Part shown: positions 53,920-64,000 of the stretch, piece by piece | Position numbering within the stretch: the first letter of the stretch is position 1 | Layout: every line of letters starts with the position of its first letter | Origin: Octopus vulgaris | Lineage: Eukaryota | Direction: 5' to 3' | Assembly: GCA_951406725.2 (NCBI GenBank) | Contig: OX597833.1 | Span: 67,952,001-68,016,000, forward strand | DNA length: 64,000 nucleotides | Translations under genes and position numbers: made by a program | The notes under the pieces: generated by a model | Database searches by the model: none | What the model saw: the letters and a program-made list of their open reading frames with translations, nothing else | What the model was told of the DNA's origin: nothing

Positions 53920-54440
53920 TGTATTATTGTACATGTGTGCATGCATGTGTGTGTATATAGATGAGTGTGTGTTTGTGTCTGCGTATATATGATTGTATGT
54001 ATGTGTATGTATATACATGTGTGTGTGTGTGCTTGTGTCTGCGTATATATGATGGCATATGTGTGCATGAATGTGTATTTATATACATTGGTGTGTGTGT
54101 GTTTGTGTCTGCGTATATATGATGGCATATGTGTGCATGTATGTGTATTAATATACTTGGGTGTGTGTGCGTATATTTGATTGTATGTGTGTGCATGTAT
54201 GTGTATGTATATACATCGGTGTGTGTGTTTGTGTGTGCGTATATATGATTCTATGTGTGTGCATGTATGTCTATGTATATACAAATATATGTTTGCGTAT
54301 ATTTATGTGTGTGTGTATGCACGTGTAGTTATATACATATATATGTTAGTGTGCATGTATGATTACGTGTGTGTGTATGTTTATATGTATATAGTTGTGT
54401 GTTTGTACGTATAACTATATGTGTATGCATATATGTGCGT
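53920..54440. repeat. (TG/TA)n degenerate satellite
   Basis: Directly visible. Confidence 0.9.
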
Positions 54441-54740
54441 ATTTAAGTTATATGCAATCATTTAGCCTCCGTATTATACAAATCTACAGAATTTCGAAAA
54501 GGAATCAGACAATAAAACGATAAAACACAATGAAATAAATACAAACAATAATGACAAATTTAAAACACAAAAGGCAAAGGTTAGAAATTATGCATTTCAT
54601 GATTTCAGCGAAATGAACAAACAAATATCTGTTAATAAAAGAAAGATTTTTGCAAAGAGAACGATTTAGACATCGAAATAGCGACGCCATGACAGGCAGA
54701 TAGCCAGACAGATGAATATATAAACGAATGGTTAGATAGG

Positions 54741-54771
<31 letters not shown>

Positions 54772-55329
54772 GTAGATGCATGTGGGGGAAGGTCAGACTA
54801 CCACAAATACAGAGGGAAAGAATGAGAGATGGAAAAATAAGAGGTGAAGGATGGAGAGGAAGCTGAGACGAACAAGGGAGACAATCACAAAGAGATAAAT
54901 TGAGAATGAAATACAGAACATTATAATAGTTTATATGTAGGTTACGAGAATTTAATTTGAATTTAAGTATAGTAAATCATGGATTTTTACGATTTTCATC
55001 CCTTATCTATAAAAAATTTTGGACGGTTTTCTTTTTATTATTATTATAGTATATTTTTTAATGAAATTTTCTGCTGTATATTTGTTTGTTTCTAGTCCGA
55101 ATCAATGAAATTGCAGTAGTGTAGCAAACATAACAATGCTATTGCTGTAGAGATAACTCAGAGCAACACTTTGGCTTAATTTATGGCGGTAATAATGGCT
55201 TATCTGCTTAAGACCGGAATTACGATTTGACACATTCGATTTTTTTTTTATATATATATATATTTTTAATTTTTGCTGTTCATTGCACTTTTTAAAACAT
55301 TTATTCGTTTGTTTCATATATAAGTGTTT

Positions 55330-55638
55330 GAGTATGTGTGTATGTGTTTATATATACGCCTATTGCTATATGTGTATGTATGTATTTATGTGTATATATT
55401 TACGTATATGATAATGTATGTGTGTATGTATATATATATATATATATATATGCAAATGTGCGCAGATGTGAGTAAATGGATATATAGAAATGGATGGATA
55501 TATATATGTATATATATATATATACATACATACATATAGATATATACACACATACATATATACATGCATATATATATATACATGCATACATATATCTATA
55601 TATATATACATGCATACATATATCTATATATATACACG

Positions 55639-55684
<46 letters not shown>

Positions 55685-55740
55685 CATATATATATATCTA
55701 TATATATACATACACACACACACACATATATATATAATTA
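55330..55740. repeat. (TA/CA)n compound microsatellite
   Basis: Directly visible. Confidence 0.9.
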
Positions 55741-55967
55741 TTTAGTAAGTATAATTGTAGCTTATATTTATATGTAATTATCCGTGTGTGTGTTTGTGTG
55801 TGTGTAGTCGTAATAGTCACAGTAATTCCATTAATGACGTTATGGGCTTTGATTACAGACAATACATCATGAATGGCAATAAACTACACGGCCATAATCG
55901 TACCAAATATATTATAATTGGCATTGTTGTTGATATCGTTATTGTTACTATCACCATCACAATTATT

Positions 55968-56075
55968 TGTGGCGTTGCATTGGAAAAATCGTTATCATGC
56001 CGGTCAAAAATGCTTAGTAGCATTTTGTCCGTCTTCTCGTTCTGATTTCAAATTTCAGGGAGGTCCACCTTTTGC
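55968..56075 (+). mobile_element. SINE-B head fragment, diverged
   Basis: atcgttatcatgccgg...aaatgcttagtagcatttt...gttctgatttcaaatt. Confidence 0.55.
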
Positions 56076-56359
56076 TATATTTAAATCTACATTTTTTTTT
56101 TCCATAAAAAAAAATTTATTGAATGACATACGTATACCGTTGATTTCCACAATAAATATTTAATCATTTGAATCACTGATGGGTTTTTATTTTATTTTAT
56201 TTGTTTCCTTTCTTAACGTTATAAGCAGTGAATTATTCTACAAACACATGTATCCTTAACCGAATTCTCAGGCAGATCTATCGTGACACAGTAACAAGGC
56301 TCCGTTTTGAATTAAATATATGAAAGGTCTTGGAAAAGTTTTCGTCAAGTTTCTAAAAT

Positions 56360-56635
56360 ATAGTTCTATATTTAAGAGATGAGGAATTATGTAACTATTT
56401 ACATTATTTACATTTGACGGATATTTGTCCTCATCTTGTTTGTTGTTAACACTTTTCGGCTGATATACCCTCCAGCCTTCATTAGGTATCTTGGAGGAAA
56501 TTTCGAAACTGGATACTCATTCCTAAGTTATATTTCGATCTTCTTCTTCTTCTTGCTATTGTTGTTGTTCAGGTCACTGCCTGGAGTCAAACTTGGAAAC
56601 CTGGGGTTAGCAACCATTACGCCATATGCCCGTCT
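56360..56635 (-). mobile_element. Penelope-like element end with hammerhead-like motif at 56448-56490
   Basis: GATAC-CTAATGA-A-GGCTG-gagggtatat-CAGCC-GAAA-a-GTGTT (perfect 5-bp stem II, mutated core). Confidence 0.6.
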
Positions 56636-57124
56636 CTAAAACTGTGAAGGCTTGAGTCAAACTGAGACAGATAGTAAACATTTGCACGAGATTCCACGCA
56701 GAATTCATCTTATATATATGAAAAAAATAATGTAATCTAGACATTGGACAATGATTTATTCGTTAGAAAATTTCGCTATACAAGACAATTAAAGACAGTC
56801 AGATTGTTGTTTGTTAAATATCAAAGGTAAATCGCTCAGCTTTTAATTTTCACAAGAATCTTATTTTAATTCTTATATACTTCCATTGCAACTACAATGA
56901 ATCAACATTAAACAGCATGCGATTCCTTCAAATAGCATAACAAATTACTTGTAAAATTTATTTGCACGAATCTTTCAGAATGTTAGTTAAAAATATAGCT
57001 ATCACACGATGTAGTACTTTAACACTTTTATTATTCTGTGCGTATGACAGGTCCTACTGAATTCCTGCTGATACACTCGAGGTTGCACCGATAAAACGCT
57101 GTACATTAGTGAGTAACTAACTGT

Positions 57125-57444
57125 CACTCCATCGGTTATGGCAATGTTCATTCCAGCTGATCTGCTTAGTGGAACAGTTTTATCGTACAGTCAATGTACA
57201 ACTGGCTGAGGACTCCACAGACAAGCATGTTCTAAAATGTAGCTTTCAGGGAGATTCAGTGACACAGAATATGACAAGGCTGGTACTTTGAAATACAAGT
57301 ACTACATATTTTTGCCAGCTGAGTGGAATAGTATAACGGGAAATAAAGTGTCTTGCTCAAGAAAACAATGCGCTGCTGGGAATCGGACTCGCGATTTTTC
57401 TATCGTGAGGCGAATACCTTCGCCACTAAGCCACGCGCCTTCAC
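57125..57444 (-). mobile_element. SINE-C with tail 2, full length, diverged
   Basis: Head (reverse) ccactaagccacgcgccttca; centre aaataaagtgtcttgctcaa; tail shared with 35035. Confidence 0.8.
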
Positions 57445-57939
57445 ACATAACGTAGAATGATGTACAAAAAAAGCGATATCGGTGAAACGTTGAAACGAGT
57501 TCTTAGGCTGAGACGAATGATTGTGGATAATAACAAATTCGAAATGCTTTCGTGTAATGTCATTGCCGTCTCACCTCTTACTAATCCCATAATGGACTCA
57601 TGGTTATATTCTTATAAAGAGATATAAAAAATTAAAATATAAAATATGCATGAATATCGACTGACAGCTAAATGCGTTACATAAAATGTGCTTCAGAAGG
57701 ATTCTGAAAACAGACAAACAAATACAGATACACTAAATTCTACACAAGACTACTTAGCGAAATCATCGCAGAAAGAAGATTAACACTATTTGACCACATT
57801 CTGGCCAGCAGAGCAATGCCTTTCGAAAATAGCGCTTCCAAATGAATACACCGGGAAGAGGAAAAGAAAGGAATAACAATTTACTTGATGCTGAGTATTT
57901 ATAACCGAAATGTCAGGCCAATAAAACTGACATTTCGTC

Positions 57940-58240
57940 TGTTACCACGATGGCGTTTCCAATTGATCCGATCAAATGAACAACCTGCAAGTCGATTTAA
58001 CTTGCAAGTGGATGAGTATTCCATAGCCAAGCGAACCCTTAACGTGTTTCAAGGAAATTCAGCGTGAGACAATGTGACAAAGCTGGCCATTTGAAATACA
58101 AGTTCCAATCATTATCTCCAGCTATGTGGACTAGAACATCAGGAAATAAAGTGCCTTGCGCTCAAGAGCACTACGTGCCGCTGGAAATCGAACTTGTGAC
58201 CTTAAGATGTTGAGCCGAATACTCTTGCCACTTAGTCACA
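57940..58240 (-). mobile_element. SINE-C with tail 2, diverged
   Basis: Collinear with 57125-57444. Confidence 0.7.
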
Positions 58241-58607
58241 AGGACAATATCAGATGCCCGGTTGTAGAGACGACCACATTAAAAATTGAACCAGTGCCCT
58301 CAATTTGCTGTTCAATGCCTTCAACAGCACAGAGGTAACCCCAGATGATGCAAATACACGTTAAGATGTTGTTCTTAATTTCGTTTATTTCTCCAACGAA
58401 AATCACAAATAAAATCGACTTCTAACAAGGCGATACTTACCTCTGCAATAGAAACATTCAACTAATGGCCTAACAGTTTATAGTATTGCAATCTCTATCA
58501 TGAAATATACAATATTGTTCATATTTATTTCGATGTATTTACGCAAGCATATTTATGATCCATTAGAAAAGATGTGCATAATAATCACAATATTTTAGAT
58601 GTGCGGC

Positions 58608-58753
58608 TGTTTTAGCGGTTAACGAAGATTTGGAAATAAAGTCTGAGTGCTTCACTATTATTATCGTTACATTTCCCCAAACGCTAAAGTAACAGCAGCG
58701 AGAAGGGAATTGTTTCTACATCTCTACTAGTGTCCTCGTTAACCGCTAAAACA
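58608..58753. repeat. 18-bp perfect inverted repeat with 110-bp spacer (MITE-like)
   Basis: tgttttagcggttaacga / tcgttaaccgctaaaaca. Confidence 0.75.
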
Positions 58754-59144
58754 ATCAATAGCACTGCGTTGTCTGCACAAAAGAACGACGTGCAAGTCAG
58801 GCTTTCATAATAATGATAGAAATAATGATAATAATAATAATGATGATTATAATAATAATAATAATGGTAATCTTTTTCAGTTTACAAAGCTTGTCGCCTG
58901 ATTAAACAGTTTGACAAAATCCCAATGTCGAATTTGGTTAGGAAGAGGTGGCCATTACATTTGAAGTTAGTCGCCTGAACATGATAGAAGTTTGTAATAC
59001 CGGTAAATCATTGCTAACGACAGTAGAGTCTCATCACCGCCTCATAAGAAATTTCATCTTGATGTCATTAAGGTGCTTTCCGTAATAATAGTTTGTGCGA
59101 AAGCCATTCAGAAACCACCGCCAGTCGGAACACACGCCCTCCGT

Positions 59145-59227
59145 AGTACTACTACTACCACCACTATTACTACTACAACAACAACTACTACTTCTACCAC
59201 TACTACCGCTGCCACTACTACAACTAT

Positions 59228-59278
<51 letters not shown>

Positions 59279-59289
59279 TACTACTGCTG

Positions 59290-59323
<34 letters not shown>

Positions 59324-59343
59324 TACTTCTACTACTACTGCTG

Positions 59344-59380
<37 letters not shown>

Positions 59381-59706
59381 TACTACTACTGCTGCTACTA
59401 TCACCACCACCACCACTACCACTACCACCACCACCACCACCACCACCACAACTACTACCACCACCACCACCACCACCACAGCTACTACCACCACCACCAC
59501 CACCACCACTACTACTACCATCACCCACTACTACCACCACCACCACCACCACTACTACCACCATCACCACCACCACTACTACCACCACTACCACTACTGC
59601 CGCCACCACCACTACTACTGCCACCACCACCACCACCACTATTACTACCACCACCACCACCACCACCACCACCACTACTACCACCACCACTACTACTACC
59701 ACCACC

Positions 59707-59755
<49 letters not shown>

Positions 59756-59772
59756 GAACTACTACTACCACC

Positions 59773-59806
<34 letters not shown>

Positions 59807-59808
59807 GA

Positions 59809-59843
<35 letters not shown>

Positions 59844-59856
59844 CACCACCACTACC

Positions 59857-59893
<37 letters not shown>

Positions 59894-59895
59894 GA

Positions 59896-59932
<37 letters not shown>

Positions 59933-59949
59933 GTACTACTACTACCACC

Positions 59950-60004
<55 letters not shown>
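59145..60004. repeat. ~860-bp (TAC/CAC)n trinucleotide repeat
   Basis: Directly visible. Confidence 0.95.
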
Positions 60005-60005
<1 letters not shown>

Positions 60006-60019
60006 AGCTGCTGCTGCCG

Positions 60020-60370
60020 CTGTGTGCTGGCTGCTACTGTTACAAAAAAGTATTTTATCGAGCCCCCGAAAGGGTGAGACACAAAGTAGAATGCGACGGA
60101 ATTTTGAACTCAAGACACAAAAGCGGAAGAAATGCCGTGAAGCATTTTGTTTCGTGTGTTAACGATTCTTCCAGCTTGCTACTTGTATAAAATATAATAG
60201 CTTAAAATTTAAGGTGAAGGCCAGAAGATTCTGGGGGGAAGGAGGGAATTATAGCAAGTGCGAAGGAAGACGTATAATCGCTTATATCGACCCCAACGCA
60301 CAATCGGCACTCATGCTTTAGAAACTAACGATTCTGCAAGCTCGCCGGCGGTGCTAATACAACAACAACA

Positions 60371-60444
<74 letters not shown>

Positions 60445-60895
60445 GAGATGGTGTAGGCAAGTAGTGCCCACATCCTGAGAAAAACCCTATTCATTTAAAT
60501 GTCTGTGTTGTATTGCTTGAAGATATTTCAGTACTACACCTGCCACTTGCCCCTCTTCAAGATTTCAGTCATACTGTATAACATCTCTTATCGTTCACTC
60601 GCCCTAGGAGGCTGAGTGTGTCTCGGTGAGAGATTGTAACAAACATACAGATTAAAAGTAAACAATAATAATAATCATAATAATCCTTTCTATAAAAGGC
60701 ACAATGCCTGAAATTTTGGGGTAGGGGATTAGTCGATTAGATCGACCCCAGTGTTTCACTGGTAATTAATTTATCGAATCCGAATGGATGAAAGATATAA
60801 TCGACATCGGTGGAATTTGAACTCAGAACGTTAGGACGGACGAAATACCGCTAAGCATTTTGCCCGGTGTGCTAACGATTGTGCCAGCTCACTGC
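60020..60895 (-). mobile_element. Three SINE-B copies in the same orientation (about 60040-60180, 60190-60350, 60680-60893)
   Basis: Recurrent taacgattc.gccagctc heads and atcgacccc blocks, with trinucleotide tracts between them. Confidence 0.7.
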
Positions 60896-62149
60896 ATGTG
60901 CTAATAGTAGTAGTGGTATTATTATTATTAATATTAATATTATTAATATTATTAGTAGTAGTAGTAGTAACGCAACCGAAGGGACACATGAGATTACACA
61001 AGCTTGGTCTGGCAAGGATGTTCATATATTACGGGACACTGCGTTGCTGGTGCAGTGTAGGAACTTATATTTTATATCTGCCAGAACACTGCTATAATCA
61101 AAAGGCGGTCCAGGCATGACTACCTCGTATCTTTCTCTGTATAACGACGAGAGCCACAATATCTAACGTGTTTATTTCTATGATACTATAGGAGTGATGT
61201 CTTATTTGATGAAGAATCAACAGTTACTAATAGAAGGCTTTGCAACCGCGATAACACATCCTATTTCAATCTCACTGCTTGAAAGTTGTGGATTTGTTGA
61301 TGTTAGTGTTGTTTGGTGATAATGGCATTGTTTGACCCCTGCAAAGCTCATACCGGGCTTAGTCTACAACCAAAGTATTGTTTTTCTTTTCCTTCCATGA
61401 AGAACATCATACATCCGCGTGTAGATTATAAAATCTCAGTGTCTATATTTTAAACATGGTGACAGAGAAACAAAGAAGGAGAAACAAGGGTAGGAAGAGC
61501 AAGAAAAATAGACGCAGACATTAAGATACATTAATAGGCAGCGAGATTTATAAATAAATGGAAATTATGTATCTAATTAATATAGGGCACCGTGCAATAT
61601 CAAAAACCAAGATGGACTCCAGCGTCATATTGTTAATACACCTGCACGTGATTATCATGGGCGCCACTTATAAAATCCACTTCCGTTCTTGCGCTCACTC
61701 CCTCTGTTTCTCTCTCTCTCTCTCTCACTTCATTTCTATATGTGTATATATGATATTGATAAGAGGGTATTTGGTGTGACAGCGTGTATCCTTCCTGCCT
61801 TTTGTTATAATTTACTACCATTTTATGGACGCCATTACAATATCGCAGCATTTCCAAATATCTAATCCGATTCACAATGCCTTGCCTTTAATCCTGAAAG
61901 TCAATTATCATTTCCACCAAATCAATGACCATCATAACATATTACTTTGGCCACCCCGCACAAACGCCACGAACATCCTAACCCCTAAACCTTCACATGT
62001 TTCTCTTTTGCCCCACGGTTTCCTATTAGATAAAAGTTATTAATTCCTCCGTTGAAAAGATTCACGTTAACATAATGGCTTCGGATTTAGACTTAGATGT
62101 TTAAGGATAGCGAAGTACGGATATTAGCATTCGCTAGTTCTCTTGAAAC

Positions 62150-62223
62150 ACACACACACACGGGCACACACGTTTAGAGTTACTCACACACGAATACTAT
62201 CCAAATTCTCTCTATATATACAT

Positions 62224-62282
<59 letters not shown>

Positions 62283-62471
62283 TTTACAGCTACTCATACA
62301 GGAATTCTGTCCACATTCTCTCTCTCTCTATATATATATACATATATACATATATACACACACACATATACATATATATATACACACAAACACATATATA
62401 TATGTGTATATGCACACATATATATATATATATAAACAGACAAACACACACACACATACATACATACGTAT

Positions 62472-62517
<46 letters not shown>

Positions 62518-62530
62518 ATATATATATATT
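62150..62530. repeat. (CA/TA)n compound microsatellite
   Basis: Directly visible. Confidence 0.9.
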
Positions 62531-62775
62531 TGATATCCAAACATATACGAACATGCACAAACACATGTAGGTGTATGCAGGGATTAACAAACGTTCCATC
62601 AATCGGGTTATCGATATAAAAATACGGCTATTCCCTCAATATATCTCGTTAAGCCCATTTCTTTCACTCTCCCACTCTCTATTTCACTCTCCCTCTTTCT
62701 GTCTCTCCTTTTGTCAGACACACACACATATTACGAATACTGTGTGTATGTGAATATATATACACGTGTACAGAA

Positions 62776-62829
<54 letters not shown>

Positions 62830-63181
62830 GTGATTATATGTGGGCGTATATATGAAATATATATATATATGTAGGCAGAAAAATATGCGCGCGTGTCTAA
62901 ATACACAAATGTATAAAAACCATCTATCCATGAATAGCTAGCTATTTGCCTAGTTGCCTATCTGACAAATAATCAATCAAAATCCCTTTATTTTTCTCCC
63001 TTCTGTCAGAACTCCTTTATATATCGTTCCCTGTTTCTTCCTCTCCTTTTCCCTCCATTTATTTGTGTATGCGTGTGTCCGTACAAACACATACACATCT
63101 GAATAGACACTGCTATGGTTGTTTTTTCTTTCGACAAACATCACAGCAATCCCTTATATTCATATGTATGTATATATGGTA

Positions 63182-63235
<54 letters not shown>

Positions 63236-63635
63236 ATCAGGTGCAACTGCCTGCATTATGCAGTAAATGCATAGTGTGGCATTATTAATATTCATCGCGT
63301 TACCATTCCGTAAGGGTTCAACGCAGGGCGCACCGACCGTGATCATATCAATGAGAGAGAATGTACAATTGATGGAAGTCGGAATCAGAAATTAACTCGA
63401 ATAGGAATCCATAATATCATTGTCGATACCAAGGCCGAAAGAAGACGGTTCTCGTTTGATTATATAGCTTTTACATAATACATCATGTCCATTGTAAATT
63501 TTCTCTTTTTGAAACTTGGAGATCTTTGGCCGAGAACAATCCATTATTAGGTGTATAATGTTTTTTTTTTTTCCTTTTTTTCTTTCATATTTCGTTCTTG
63601 GTCTATAAAAGTCAGAACATAGAATTGTTTCTTCT

Positions 63636-63851
63636 ATTCTTTTCCATGTTTCAGTTATTTGACTGCGGCCATGCTGGAGCACCGCCTTTAGTCGAACAAA
63701 TCGATCCCAAGACTTATTCTTTGTAGGCCTCGTACTTATTCTATCGGTCTCGCTTTCCGAACCGATAAGTTACGGGGACGTAAACACCCCAACATTGGTT
63801 GTCAAGCGATGATAGGAACAAACACAGACACAAATACACACACAGACACAA

Positions 63852-63922
<71 letters not shown>

Positions 63923-64000
63923 TTTCTTTCAGTTTCCGTCTACCAAATCCACTCACAAGGCTTTGGTCAGCCCGAGGCTACAGTAGAAGACACTTGCCCG
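63636..64000 (-). mobile_element. SINE-A (head runs off the window end)
   Basis: Near-identical to 601-930. Confidence 0.9.

Noticed and set aside
59034-60162. 355-359 aa poly-V / poly-L-P-T (mucin-like) ORFs
   Set aside because: Pure triplet repeat open on both strands in several frames, with ends lying in a SINE; no splice or domain evidence

Overview
AT-rich, microsatellite-saturated eukaryotic non-coding DNA. The SINE families and repeat landscape look like a coleoid cephalopod, most likely Octopus (my recognition, not a database result). No intact protein-coding gene is supported, and almost every ORF in the track is a simple-repeat or SINE artefact. The window holds about 30 tRNA-head SINE copies from several modular families and CR1-type LINE 3' ends, one of which shares its tail with a SINE. 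It also holds mariner and Tigger MITEs, non-autonomous Helitrons, a possible solo LTR, and many Penelope-like remnants carrying degenerate minimal hammerhead-ribozyme motifs, some in long palindromes. The leading candidates for a second look are: (1) a recursive-splicing-type site (pyrimidine tract-CAG|GTAAGT with a 45-nt cryptic exon closed by GTGAGT) at 12.2 kb, (2) the hammerhead/palindrome set, (3) a 9-nt microexon candidate, and (4) a paired heat-shock-element + TATA module at 29.3 kb.
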